Shown: positions 20,592 to 30,633 of the stretch, in pieces | How the letters are laid out: every line of letters starts with the position of its first letter | Position numbering within the stretch: the stretch's first letter is position 1 | Virus record (IMG/VR): IMGVR_UViG_637000207_000006 | DNA from: a virus | Length of the DNA stretch: 64,000 nucleotides | Reading direction: 5' to 3' (one strand) | The notes under the pieces: generated by a model | The model's database searches: none | Told to the model about the DNA's origin: nothing | What the model saw: the letters and a program-made list of their open reading frames with translations, nothing else | Position numbers and translations under genes: made by a program

Positions 20592-20695
20592 TTCTTTAAC
20601 CTTGATTAATATCCCAAAATCGAATATCAACCATTTACTTAAATATCCCAAAATAGGATAATTTATTGCGTTTGTTATATGGAGATATAAAGGAA

Positions 20696-20953
20696 ATGAA
20701 TAAAAAAGATTGGCATACCGCCGACATTATCGCTGCCTTACGTAAGCTCGGCACTACCTTAGCAGCGGTATCACGTAAGGAGGGACTTAGCTCATCTACA
20801 TTAGCTAATGCTCTATCACGACCTTGGCCTAAAGGAGAGTGGATTATTGCGAACAATCTCGGAGTACATCCCTCAGAAATTTGGCCAAGCCGATATTTTG
20901 ACGAGAATGGACAACCTATTGAACGAGTTATCCGAAGTAATTCCTCTAGGTGA
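20696..20953 (+). CDS. Ner/Nlp(SfsB)-family DNA-binding protein
   Basis: DWHTADIIAAL...LANALSRPWPKGEWIIA...IWPSRY is the Ner signature. Confidence 0.9.
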   Translation: MNKKDWHTADIIAALRKLGTTLAAVSRKEGLSSSTLANALSRPWPKGEWIIANNLGVHPSEIWPSRYFDENGQPIERVIRSNSSR

Positions 20954-21053
20954 CTAATTCTCAACTAAATGGTCTAAGTTCGGTATAATATCGAACCTAG
21001 GCCATATTAGCTGCTTAGACTGCCTAACTATTGGGGCCAGTTTATTGCAGCCC

Positions 21054-21506
21054 TTATTCTATTACTCTGGGTTTTTCAGGCCAATAAATATCTGTCGCTA
21101 AGCTAGCATCAACACGGTTCAGCAATACTCTATATTTTTTCAAAGCGGTCAACCGAGAATTTTCCTCATCACTCGCCATCCCCAAATCTACAGCATCTTG
21201 TAATGGAGCTATCTGTTTACTTACAGTGAACATAAGTTGCTGTTTCTTCTGTTCTGCTTGCTGCTGCTGTTCCCGTCTAAGCTTTATTTTATCACTCTCT
21301 GATATTATCCACTTTTCATTATCCCATTTGTGATAAACAGTCGGTGCTTGTTTTGTAAGAATTGGATAACCCTCTTTATCACTAACGATAGCAAAGCCGC
21401 GTGATTGACCGTCAAGTAATTCATTGTGTTTTTCTGCGGTTATTTCAACACATTCTTCATGAGCGTCACTATAAAAAGCGCCTTCTTTTCTGGAGAAATA
21501 AACCAT
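21054..21506 (-). CDS. Tail fibre assembly chaperone
   Basis: IAPLQDAVDLGMA...KYRVLLNRVD...IYWPEKP (Caudo_TAP-like). Confidence 0.9.
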   Translation of the reverse strand: MVYFSRKEGAFYSDAHEECVEITAEKHNELLDGQSRGFAIVSDKEGYPILTKQAPTVYHKWDNEKWIISESDKIKLRREQQQQAEQKKQQLMFTVSKQIAPLQDAVDLGMASDEENSRLTALKKYRVLLNRVDASLATDIYWPEKPRVIE

Positions 21507-22484
21507 TTATACCCCCCAAAATAATATATGAACAACTTTGCCTGGATTCTCATTGTTGTTGGGAGTGCCAGCTTGATATTCAAACGTCGATAACGTTGCA
21601 TTACGTACTAATGTGTGACCCGTTGATGTATTGATACTCGACATGCTTGCAATATAGCCAAAAAACTTATTTTTAAAAGAAATTGGATAATTTACCTTTA
21701 TCCATGATTGCTGACCTGATGGAACTTTAACCCATTGAATAATAATCCCCGTATCTCCACATTGCCACCAGCCATTTTCGGATTTTATGGCTTCATTTTG
21801 TAATGCAAGAGTACCACTTCTCTCAGGCGTTAATATATTGTAACGCCGCTGATTCTTAGGATCGTCAGAATAGATATGCAATAATTTCCCTTCAGAACCG
21901 TTAATTCCCAATATATATCCATCTTTCGATTTGAAACGCAATTTAGGAAAAGGAGTTTTACTATCAATCAATAAACTACCAACGGTTGCAGTTTTATCGC
22001 TAGAAATACGCAAGAAAGTATTATCGCTCTCAGATTTAGCATAACTTCCCACATCCCCGGCATTCAATGAAATATCAGATGACAACGCTTTTCCATTTAC
22101 TTTACGAATGGATGGTACTCGGCTATTAGCGTTGTTATTTGCAGCTACAGCACTTTGATTCGCCGTATCCGTCAGTGATTGCACAAATGCTGTTGTTGCA
22201 ATCTGAGTATTATTAGCGTTTTTAGCCGGTGTGGGGGCGGTTGGTGTTCCTGTGAAAATGGGACTGTCTTTCGGTGCATACTGAGTATGCGGATCTTGCA
22301 CCTCAGAATGTTCCCTCAACTCATTCCCATTTTGTTCTAGTTTCTGTTTAAGATAGTTTGTGCGGTTGACCAACTGTTTAGCCTGCCGATTGGAAATACC
22401 ATCAGGCCCACCTAACACGGGGTCTGAGGTTTCTATTTGATACACGCCCTCTGACCACTGTGGGGTTTCCGGCAAATTAGCCAT
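21507..22484 (-). CDS. Tail fibre protein
   Basis: Start ATG 22484 (MANLPETPQWSEGVYQIETSDPVLGG); FTGTPTAPT repeat; C-terminal GWWQCGDTGIIIQW. Confidence 0.88.
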   Translation of the reverse strand: MANLPETPQWSEGVYQIETSDPVLGGPDGISNRQAKQLVNRTNYLKQKLEQNGNELREHSEVQDPHTQYAPKDSPIFTGTPTAPTPAKNANNTQIATTAFVQSLTDTANQSAVAANNNANSRVPSIRKVNGKALSSDISLNAGDVGSYAKSESDNTFLRISSDKTATVGSLLIDSKTPFPKLRFKSKDGYILGINGSEGKLLHIYSDDPKNQRRYNILTPERSGTLALQNEAIKSENGWWQCGDTGIIIQWVKVPSGQQSWIKVNYPISFKNKFFGYIASMSSINTSTGHTLVRNATLSTFEYQAGTPNNNENPGKVVHILFWGV

Positions 22485-22485
22485 T

Positions 22486-23061
22486 TTAACTGCTCCCATA
22501 ATTGTAACTACCGTCATAACTGACAGTATTGTTGTAACGAATTGATACAGACTGATATTCCAAACTGGCAAGGTGGCAGCGTGCAGGCGCAAACGCTGCC
22601 AGTGTGGTACGCAGTAGCGAGGCTTGATCATTAGTGATAGGTTGCTGAAGTATGACGCGATAAACTGCCCAGGATGTTGAATCTCCATGAACATAATTAC
22701 CGTTATGGCTGGCATGTCCGTCATAATTGATTTGACCAGTGCCTTCAATTAAATCAACTTCACCAAACCCAAAACGACGGATAATTTCACGAATTGACCA
22801 CGGTGTGCCTTTATATCGATGCAATTCTATAGCTGATTTGATTAACGTGCGGCGAGCATTGTCTGATTCGACAAGCTCCCAGCCATCGCCAAATAGGGAG
22901 AATTGATTTGCCAGCCAATGCAGCGTGCTTCTATCGGCAGTATCAATGAGATAAACCATTAATTGGGTTAAATCGATATCATCAAAACGAGAGGCCAACT
23001 GACCTAATGCACGCATACTGATATCAGCTTCTAGTGGAGGTGGTAGATGTAACTTAACCAT
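22486..23061 (-). CDS. Phage tail protein I (P2 gpI-like)
   Basis: AIELHRYKGTPWSI motif; follows baseplate J. Confidence 0.85.
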   Translation of the reverse strand: MVKLHLPPPLEADISMRALGQLASRFDDIDLTQLMVYLIDTADRSTLHWLANQFSLFGDGWELVESDNARRTLIKSAIELHRYKGTPWSIREIIRRFGFGEVDLIEGTGQINYDGHASHNGNYVHGDSTSWAVYRVILQQPITNDQASLLRTTLAAFAPARCHLASLEYQSVSIRYNNTVSYDGSYNYGSS

Positions 23062-24157
23062 CAGCGACTCCAGTGACCACAACAGTGATACCGATACAGT
23101 TCGCCCATTCATTTTCATCTACAATCTGAAACGTGGGAGACTCCAGAACGACTTGATAGACGCCAGAAACAGACAATGTTGAGATGATTTGACTGGGAAC
23201 AATATCCTTTCCTAACGTTGTTGCTCGTTCAGCTACCCATGTTTGTATGGCTTGTTCTGCTGCCGATTGAATACCAGGTGCATTAACGCCACTGTACAAG
23301 GTCAGTTTCGCCTTGATGGTATAATCAACCTTCACGGGAGGTTTTGCATGTACAATGTCAGTCAACGGGCGGATTTTTTCATCAGAGCAAAAGCTTTTTA
23401 CCAGCGTTAAAATGCTTTCATCAGGCAATCCCGTAGCTAATAGTGGAAACAGTTCAACAACGCCCGGAATGGGAGACATGACTGCGACATCAACAATATT
23501 GGGATGGGCACGCATGGCATGAAAACGATAAGCCTGACGACTGCCCGCATTAGTAAACGATTCAGGGGCCATTTTGATTCGTACACGTAGCCTCTCGTCA
23601 CTTTCCTCTGCCGAACCACCACTGCTCACTATTGTGTTGGTCACTTGCGGGTCAATGTCGTCGATTTCATCCAACAATGTACTAATTTGTGCTGGTTGCC
23701 AGCTATTCCCTGATAATCCAGTATCTGTACAAGTAGCTGTGACATTAACGAACCGTGTGCCGGCTTTCAGAACAGCATCTGTATTAGTAGCAAAAATAAT
23801 ACTGTCCGATGCATTAACACGAGTTCCAACTGGAATGAGTACATCTTGCTCTAATGCTTCATCAACACTAAATTGCAATATTGTCTGCGCCGGTTGGGCG
23901 GATAGCCGATATACTCCGACCAATTCCCCTAAGTAGTCCAAAATGGGCGCACGGGCAAACTCGACCAAATTCTGCTTGGCGGCTTCCTGAACTTGCATTC
24001 TGGTTAGTGCTTCACGATATGCAAATAAATTGATCAGCAGGCGTTCTGCCTGTGCTGGGTACAAAGTCTTACCTACATCAGCTTCATATTTTGCGATCAT
24101 TTCGGTTGTGATTTTTTCTACATCACGCTCGATAAAATCAGGTTCTGTCAGCGCCAT
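23054..24157 (-). CDS. Baseplate J-like protein
   Basis: 367 aa, ESDERLR...AGSRQAYRFHA motif. Confidence 0.9.
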   Translation of the reverse strand: MALTEPDFIERDVEKITTEMIAKYEADVGKTLYPAQAERLLINLFAYREALTRMQVQEAAKQNLVEFARAPILDYLGELVGVYRLSAQPAQTILQFSVDEALEQDVLIPVGTRVNASDSIIFATNTDAVLKAGTRFVNVTATCTDTGLSGNSWQPAQISTLLDEIDDIDPQVTNTIVSSGGSAEESDERLRVRIKMAPESFTNAGSRQAYRFHAMRAHPNIVDVAVMSPIPGVVELFPLLATGLPDESILTLVKSFCSDEKIRPLTDIVHAKPPVKVDYTIKAKLTLYSGVNAPGIQSAAEQAIQTWVAERATTLGKDIVPSQIISTLSVSGVYQVVLESPTFQIVDENEWANCIGITVVVTGVADG

Positions 24158-24501
24158 AGCAACTCCGTAGATTGTGTAATGCCATCAACTGCTGTCCAAT
24201 TCACACGCAGAGTTAGATGCTCTCCATTGACAGTTGGTTTCACGGAGAGCAACTGGCAACGAGGTTCCCAACGTGTAATAGCGTCAATAGACTCCCTAAC
24301 AACGTGAGGAATTGCGCGGTCTATGGGGTGATCAATATAAAGGTGTAAATTACTGCCAAACTCAGGTCTATGTGGATCACTGCCACGTGGTGTACGTAGA
24401 ATAATGAGTATTGCTTGGGCGATATCATCCAGCCCACAGGCAATTTTGCCTGAGTTCTGGAGAGCGGGTTGCCAAAAAACAGAATGTGAGTTCGTATTCA
24501 T
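24148..24501 (-). CDS. Baseplate wedge gpW/gp25-like
   Basis: TPRGSDPHRPEFGS, ITRWEPR motifs. Confidence 0.9.
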   Translation of the reverse strand: MNTNSHSVFWQPALQNSGKIACGLDDIAQAILIILRTPRGSDPHRPEFGSNLHLYIDHPIDRAIPHVVRESIDAITRWEPRCQLLSVKPTVNGEHLTLRVNWTAVDGITQSTELLWR

Positions 24502-24507
24502 GGGGGA

Positions 24508-24553
24508 CAGTATTATCCCCTGTAGGTATATCTAATATTAAAGGTGTTTAAAG
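24508..24553 (-). promoter_or_regulatory. Late promoter of the transposable phage (copy upstream of gpW)
   Basis: Plus-strand CAGT at +0 and TTAAAG-N4-TTAAAG at +30; same geometry at 30403, 36144 and 43377. Confidence 0.7.
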
Positions 24554-25153
24554 AAATTCATGAAAATGATGATTCGAGTTACCACCTTCATCCATGATGC
24601 TGCCCGTTGCATGGATGTTGCCATTAACGCTAACATTGCCCTGAATGGTTGCAGCACCACTATTACCACCAGAACCCGACAGCCCATTTTGATAGATTAA
24701 CTGACCTTTCACTAACATATTTCCGGTTACGATTGTTTCCGGCGCATCAATAGTTGCCTGCTGTGCATAAATAACAACATTGGCTCCCGCTGCGATCTTA
24801 ATGTGCTGAATGCCACCATTAATAGTCAGGGTGTGTGAGGTACGATCATAGTAAAAAGCTGCATCATCTGCATAAGTTACACCACGGATATTTTTATTAT
24901 TAGCAGGCGGTTGATCAACACTGGAATAGATAGCACCTAAAATAACACCATCTTCACCATTCGCATCCAATAGCACTTCAACCTGTTCCCCAACATCGGG
25001 CAACCAATAGTCTTTGTTATTCTGGGTATTGCGCTGCAACACATTCAGCCAGTTAGTACGCATATTATCGCATTCAGGCAATCGCACGCGGGCACGAACA
25101 GTAGCAGGATCTACGGCGCTAATCGTACCAACTTGACGAGTTACACTGCTCAT
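24548..25153 (-). CDS. Baseplate spike gpV
   Basis: WLPDVGEQV...GVILGAIYS; C-terminal HHFH metal-binding motif. Confidence 0.9.
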   Translation of the reverse strand: MSSVTRQVGTISAVDPATVRARVRLPECDNMRTNWLNVLQRNTQNNKDYWLPDVGEQVEVLLDANGEDGVILGAIYSSVDQPPANNKNIRGVTYADDAAFYYDRTSHTLTINGGIQHIKIAAGANVVIYAQQATIDAPETIVTGNMLVKGQLIYQNGLSGSGGNSGAATIQGNVSVNGNIHATGSIMDEGGNSNHHFHEFL

Positions 25154-26328
25154 TTGGATTCCTCCTCGATGATCGTGTCGGAAGAACCATCGGGCTTATA
25201 TACAACCAATTTCTGAGTCTTATCTTTTTTATCTTTCTTGGATTTGCTTGATGTAACAGGGCCACGAGCAACTTCAAGTTCGGTTATATATCCGCTATTA
25301 CGATCAAAAGAGTGGTGAGCTGAAGTAATTAACCATTGTCCAGATAACTTGCCAAATTCAATCAACTCAATTTTATTTCCGGCGGTTAACTGAGGGGCTC
25401 CCATCAATGAAAGTGAGCCGTTCTGCTGGTACTCATTATGTAAATCCAGTGCTGACTTAGCCTTTATTTCAGCGCTATCCTTGTTAGCAGCCCGGCTGTT
25501 TACTTTTAAGGTGTCTGCGCTGGTTTCTTTACCGCTATTCTTATCTTTTGGATTGGACTGACTACTTGTACTGGTCGTGCCATCAGCTTCATAGACAATC
25601 AACTTTTTATCATCAGCCTTTTGGTGCTTCACTTTGGCTTTTTTATAGACTTTATTAATCGTGTCCCGTAGTGAAAATTGGGCAACATCACGAGGGTGTA
25701 ATTTTTTTATGGGTTCTTGGCTGCGCAAAGTGGCTAAGTGGGAGAAAATTAGCTGTTCACTGACAACTTTAACGGCATAACCATATTCACTGGCCAGTCG
25801 TTTCAGGAACGCCACATCGGTTTCAGAATATTGCGTCACCCTGTCAATCTTGATGATTTCGATACTGCCGATCAGCTTTAACTGATGTTTCTTAGCGATG
25901 CGGTTAGCAATAGCGGCCAGAGTTGTATTCTCAAATCCACGGTTAGATTTGGTACGCAATGCTGTATTGATAGACGTTGCTACACCTCGAACAGATACAA
26001 TAGAAGGAGGGATACTGACTTCAATTTCATCAATATAGAATGAGCCACAATTCAGTAATCGTTCTCCGAAATAGCCCAACTTCAATGTCAACGTATCACC
26101 TTTTCCCGGATACCATTTATCTAGCCAGAGACCATCAGTATCATCCAACTCTACCTCTATTTCATCGGATTCGCTTTTGATGTTGTCGGTATAGCTGACA
26201 CGAGTGACATAAGGAGTGATGTCATTTGTGATATCTTTTTGCAAATATCGTAACGTGAATGTCGGACTTAAAACCTCTGAGACACCCGTTATAGATGGTG
26301 TTTGCTTGGTATCAATTATCTTAGCCAC
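25150..26328 (-). CDS. Baseplate hub / late control D protein
   Basis: 392 aa, QYSETDVAFLKRLA motif. Confidence 0.87.
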   Translation of the reverse strand: MAKIIDTKQTPSITGVSEVLSPTFTLRYLQKDITNDITPYVTRVSYTDNIKSESDEIEVELDDTDGLWLDKWYPGKGDTLTLKLGYFGERLLNCGSFYIDEIEVSIPPSIVSVRGVATSINTALRTKSNRGFENTTLAAIANRIAKKHQLKLIGSIEIIKIDRVTQYSETDVAFLKRLASEYGYAVKVVSEQLIFSHLATLRSQEPIKKLHPRDVAQFSLRDTINKVYKKAKVKHQKADDKKLIVYEADGTTSTSSQSNPKDKNSGKETSADTLKVNSRAANKDSAEIKAKSALDLHNEYQQNGSLSLMGAPQLTAGNKIELIEFGKLSGQWLITSAHHSFDRNSGYITELEVARGPVTSSKSKKDKKDKTQKLVVYKPDGSSDTIIEEESK

Positions 26329-26534
26329 GGTGGTGTATCCTCTGCAATTACTACATCGTCAGCGTCAATGATGGGGATCAACAATACGATCCCAGATGGC
26401 AATACAGGTGTAACTGCAACGTGCGGATTAGCAGCAATTATGCGAGCGTAACCTAAAGGGTCACCATAATAATGGTGAGCCAATAAATCCCACCTATCGC
26501 CATCTCTTGTAATGTATTCAAGAAACATGATCAA
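26316..26534 (-). CDS. Tail protein X (LysM-like)
   Basis: TRDGDRWDLLAHHYYG...IIAANP. Confidence 0.88.
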   Translation of the reverse strand: MIMFLEYITRDGDRWDLLAHHYYGDPLGYARIIAANPHVAVTPVLPSGIVLLIPIIDADDVVIAEDTPPWLR

Positions 26535-27415
26535 AGCGCCCTTGTGGTAATTTGCGCGGCCATCTTACTAAGCGCGGGTGATATTGATGTAAATGTTGAA
26601 CTGGCTGATTCAAGTTGAGTTGATACAGAATCCAATGCAGCCGCGATATTACAGCTATCTGCACGGCTTAATGACGATTGAGCATTGTTAACAAATGTTA
26701 CTGCTTGCCCCGTTGCTCTGGTCAATTGAATTGCATCTGGCAATGAGTCACCGAGTGATTGAAAAGCCGGATAGCTTTTCCCTAATGGACCAGCAATATT
26801 GTTGAGCCCGGTAAGAAGACTTGGTACGCGGGTTAACGCTACGGCCGGGTTGTCTTTCATCTTCTGTGCAATACGTACCGCACTGATCGTCGTTTGCAGT
26901 GCTGATTGTGCTTGTTTGGCATAATTCACTCCATCCCTGACTTTTTTAGCCATACCTGATGGTTTCGGTATTGCATTAGACAACGCCTTTGTATTCGGGA
27001 CATGAGATTTAATGGCAGGCGGTTTCAGTGGTTTTTTAGGATCACCGATATATTCACGTAATGTCACCGAGGCATTGAGGGCAAATATATTACCTACTGA
27101 ATCCGTTTGTTCACTGGAGGCTGTCACATCAGTAATAACAAACCAGCCACGGTAATCACCATTTCCGAATATTAGCGCAAGTGCTTGATGTTTCCGCATT
27201 GCTTCACGCAGCCGATTCAATTCAATATCCGGCGTACAATAATGTTGATGAAAGACCAAGCTAATTTGAATTTCATCCGGTTTCTCACCTACAAACTGCA
27301 AGCCGGGCTTACCTTGAATTCGGGCATGTTCGGCATAATCAACACCAAACGTTACATCAAAACCATCCCAATATGTGATTAGCTCAAATTCAATATCACC
27401 TAATACAGCAAACAT
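26531..27415 (-). CDS. Tail tube initiator (P2 gpU-like) with C-terminal extension
   Basis: YAEHARIQGKPGLQFVG motif. Confidence 0.82.
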   Translation of the reverse strand: MFAVLGDIEFELITYWDGFDVTFGVDYAEHARIQGKPGLQFVGEKPDEIQISLVFHQHYCTPDIELNRLREAMRKHQALALIFGNGDYRGWFVITDVTASSEQTDSVGNIFALNASVTLREYIGDPKKPLKPPAIKSHVPNTKALSNAIPKPSGMAKKVRDGVNYAKQAQSALQTTISAVRIAQKMKDNPAVALTRVPSLLTGLNNIAGPLGKSYPAFQSLGDSLPDAIQLTRATGQAVTFVNNAQSSLSRADSCNIAAALDSVSTQLESASSTFTSISPALSKMAAQITTRAL

Positions 27416-29967
27416 TATCCGTACCTCCGGCGTTCTCTCTGAATAACAATACGCTCCAGCAGTTTTTCTAATTCACGCATACTCAGGTTTAAAGCTTGAC
27501 TAATATCGGGTATAGCCGTTTGTTGTTTATCACCAATGTATATTTGCGGGGCGAAAGAGATAGAAAAACCATTATTGCTGTTGCTGGCATCTTTATAACC
27601 TGTTCGTTTAATTGGATTGCCCGACATTATCTCAGGAGGTGAGATTTGTGGGACATCTGGGGTCATTCCCTCAGCTAGACGCTGAGTGGCACGAGCAGCC
27701 AACGGCATAGTGCGATCAATACCAACAACCGCACCTTGCACAATATTATCGCCAAATCCCATAAATACTCGACTGGGGGATTGAATACCCAACGCTTCTT
27801 TAAACCAGCTAGAAACTTTGCCACCAAAGTTTTTAATGGTGTCCTTAGCCGTGGTCAGCATATTAGAAATACCATTAACCAACCCATTAACGATATTTTT
27901 ACCAAAGTCAGTAAAATTATCGGGCATATCAATGCCAAACCATTTCATAACGTCAGCGAATGTTTTATAGAACAATCCCAATGGCGACCAATTTAAAATT
28001 AATTTACTGACCTCAAATATTCCGCCATCAAACGCATTAGTAATGTCATTCCATCGAGCTGTAAACCAACCTTTGACGTTAGACCAAATATTTTTGATTC
28101 CCTGCCATCCCATTTGGAAAGCGAATTTCACTAAGATCCAAAGCGGTTTAAAGAAATTACTGATGGGCTTCCAATAGCGATAGATAAGATAAGCGGCCAC
28201 TGCAATACCAGTGATGATCAATCCGATAGGATTCATTAATAGTACGCGTCCAATCCACAAAATAGCTCTGCCAGCTACCATCAAGCCCTTATAGAGAGCA
28301 CTACCGAGGATTCTACCCAACCAGAGAGCTGCTCCGGCTATTTTTCCCAAGATGTTTGCAACGACACCAAATCTGCCGCCACTGCCGATAGCCATTCGAA
28401 GCAGTAACCACCGTGTGCGCATTAACATTGCACCTTTCCAGATATCAGTTATAGGGGAAAGCAAAAGATTAAGACCTAATCTGACACCGATTGAAGCTGC
28501 TTTGAATGCCAAGAACCCACCGACCAGCGTGACAACATTGCTGATGAGTTCAGGATTAGCGGCCAGCCATTTTCCGGTCTTGTCCATCAATGGAATAAAG
28601 GTTTCGGCTAACTGTATTAATGCTGGGCGCAGCGACTGACCAATGCTAATAGCCGAATCATTAAATTCAATTTGAGTACGCCGCCACTGTGCTTCTAAGG
28701 TATCATTCTGTTTATCAAAATCGGTATCAACAGATTTTTGTGCCGAATCAGTTCCCATGCCTGTTTTGATACGCTGATAATCTCCCCAACGTTGCTGCAT
28801 GGCCAAGAGATGGTTGACTGTCTGTACGTCGGTGAAAATAGAGGATAGCCCGAAGGATTCCATGAGCATACGCTGTGCATCTTCATCACCTCTGGCTCCC
28901 GCTTTTTTCCACTCTTTCATGAGATCAGCGCCTTTACTCTTGATAAAGCGGTCTGCGATCATGATTGAGGCTTCATATTGTGAGTACCCCGAAGAAACAT
29001 ATCTGCTCATTGAGGTTTGATAATCGACGTCAGCTTCAGCGTATCTTTTGGCAATATCACCACGTCCCATTGAAGCTAGCCAGTTCCTCATATTGGTAGC
29101 TGCTTCACCTTCCGTTCCTGCGCCTTCACGGCCAACTTCCAAGCTGGCAATAATCTGTGAAACTGCCTCCTGACCATATATTCCCTTACCAGCAAATTGC
29201 TGCGCCATTTCTGGAAAGTATTGGGCGAGATCTTTTAATTCAAAACGACCCGATTTAGCACCGAAAACGGCTCGGTTAAAGGCTTCCTTGAGCGCTTGAT
29301 CACCTCCAATTTTCAGGGACTCAAAGGATAGAGCCATTTTGGCTAAGTCATTAATATTAGCTTTGGACGCCGTGGCGACGCGGCCCAATAATCCACTCAT
29401 ATCGGTCGATTTCATGGGAGATTTTCCGGCGGCAACCAATGTGCTAACACCTTCCAACAGGGTTTCTTGTAATTGGTTTGTTTGCTTGGCGTTCTGGCGC
29501 AAGATGATTCCGATTTTTTGCTCTTCTTTCGGAGACAGATTGCCAGTGACAGCTATGTCCCTTAATCCTGATTCAAAAGAGGCATACTTTGTTACGGACT
29601 GAACAACGGGAGAGGATATCGTGTGAGTTAATGCATAGGTTTCGGCTCCCTGTGCATATAGCGCCATACGATTCGCTTTGGCTGCATCACTCATGCTAGC
29701 CGCAGACTGTAAGCGCTGTTGCTGGCGGTTCAACTGTTCCAGCGTTCGACTGATGCGTTGTAGATCCGCATTCAAACGCTGGGCACTACGGGAACCAAGT
29801 TGACCGTAACGTTCAACAGCACGGTTCAGTGCCTGCTGTCGGTTCTCCAGTTGGCGAGTCGTTTCTCCCAGTGTTCCTAGAGTACGGCGTGTACCAGACA
29901 TGGCAGAACTGAACGCACTACTAATGGCCCCACCAATAATGACACCAATGGAAAATTCTGTTGACAC
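27415..29967 (-). CDS. Tape measure protein
   Basis: 850 aa, GRFELKDLA, TP901-like core, LGIQSPSRVF near the C-terminus. Confidence 0.92.
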   Translation of the reverse strand: MSTEFSIGVIIGGAISSAFSSAMSGTRRTLGTLGETTRQLENRQQALNRAVERYGQLGSRSAQRLNADLQRISRTLEQLNRQQQRLQSAASMSDAAKANRMALYAQGAETYALTHTISSPVVQSVTKYASFESGLRDIAVTGNLSPKEEQKIGIILRQNAKQTNQLQETLLEGVSTLVAAGKSPMKSTDMSGLLGRVATASKANINDLAKMALSFESLKIGGDQALKEAFNRAVFGAKSGRFELKDLAQYFPEMAQQFAGKGIYGQEAVSQIIASLEVGREGAGTEGEAATNMRNWLASMGRGDIAKRYAEADVDYQTSMSRYVSSGYSQYEASIMIADRFIKSKGADLMKEWKKAGARGDEDAQRMLMESFGLSSIFTDVQTVNHLLAMQQRWGDYQRIKTGMGTDSAQKSVDTDFDKQNDTLEAQWRRTQIEFNDSAISIGQSLRPALIQLAETFIPLMDKTGKWLAANPELISNVVTLVGGFLAFKAASIGVRLGLNLLLSPITDIWKGAMLMRTRWLLLRMAIGSGGRFGVVANILGKIAGAALWLGRILGSALYKGLMVAGRAILWIGRVLLMNPIGLIITGIAVAAYLIYRYWKPISNFFKPLWILVKFAFQMGWQGIKNIWSNVKGWFTARWNDITNAFDGGIFEVSKLILNWSPLGLFYKTFADVMKWFGIDMPDNFTDFGKNIVNGLVNGISNMLTTAKDTIKNFGGKVSSWFKEALGIQSPSRVFMGFGDNIVQGAVVGIDRTMPLAARATQRLAEGMTPDVPQISPPEIMSGNPIKRTGYKDASNSNNGFSISFAPQIYIGDKQQTAIPDISQALNLSMRELEKLLERIVIQRERRRYG

Positions 29968-29970
29968 GAA

Positions 29971-30180
29971 TTAACCGCCTCCATTCTCGCGTTTGATTTG
30001 GGTGTTGGCCTCATTCAACCAACATTCAAATTCATCCAGCGCCAGATTATCAATCTCGCTCGGCTGGAACCGGAACCATCGTGCCAACATCGCCGATGCT
30101 TGCCACACTGTTTTTATTTCCCTGATCCAATCCGATAACTTGCTGAAATCGTTTCTGTAATGCCAGATAATCAGCAACAT
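29971..30180 (-). CDS. gpE'-like chaperone extension
   Basis: LARWFRFQPSEIDNL motif; overlaps the chaperone gene in the +1/-2 frame; true start uncertain. Confidence 0.7.
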   Translation of the reverse strand: MLLIIWHYRNDFSKLSDWIREIKTVWQASAMLARWFRFQPSEIDNLALDEFECWLNEANTQIKRENGGG

Positions 30181-30376
30181 CCATCTGTTCGATATCTTCT
30201 GGTAACAATCCTGTCGAACGTGCTATCAAAATATCATCCCAGTCAGTAGGATTTTCGCTGGCTCGCCGGGCAGCCTTGATATCTTTAACTTTCAAACGTG
30301 ATAACTGAAGCTCTTCAATGCGAACGCCAGCAGCCGTGGTATAGGGAAATTGAAGATGGTAAGTCGTGGTTGACAT
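30050..30376 (-). CDS. Tail assembly chaperone (Mu gp41 / P2 gpE-like)
   Basis: LKVKDIK...GLLPEDIEQMDVADY motif. Confidence 0.85.
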   Translation of the reverse strand: MSTTTYHLQFPYTTAAGVRIEELQLSRLKVKDIKAARRASENPTDWDDILIARSTGLLPEDIEQMDVADYLALQKRFQQVIGLDQGNKNSVASIGDVGTMVPVPAERD

Positions 30377-30402
30377 GATGATACTCCTCTGTAAGTTTCA
30401 TT

Positions 30403-30448
30403 CAGTATCATCCATGTATGGAAACGGAAATATTAAAGGGGATTAAAG
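30403..30448 (-). promoter_or_regulatory. Late promoter (copy upstream of the tail chaperone gene)
   Basis: CAGT at 30403, TTAAAG-GGGA-TTAAAG at 30433. Confidence 0.7.
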
Positions 30449-30633
30449 AAGAAAGGGGCTGATGCCCCTGTCATTAGTGAGTGCGAAAGCCTCTACAGTT
30501 ACGGAAAAAGTCTATCAGATATTCTTTCCCTTTCGCTGCACCGATATCGGAAAACCAACCTTCCGGAGGAGTCCACTTATCAATCAAGTCGGCAAGCTTT
30601 CTGGCTTTGGAGCGAGTGCAGTCATGATTTAGT

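Noticed and set aside
21054-22484. Invertible tail-fibre cassette or diversity-generating retroelement
   Set aside because: No invertase or reverse transcriptase gene, no second fibre end, no inverted crossover sites or TR/VR repeat seen
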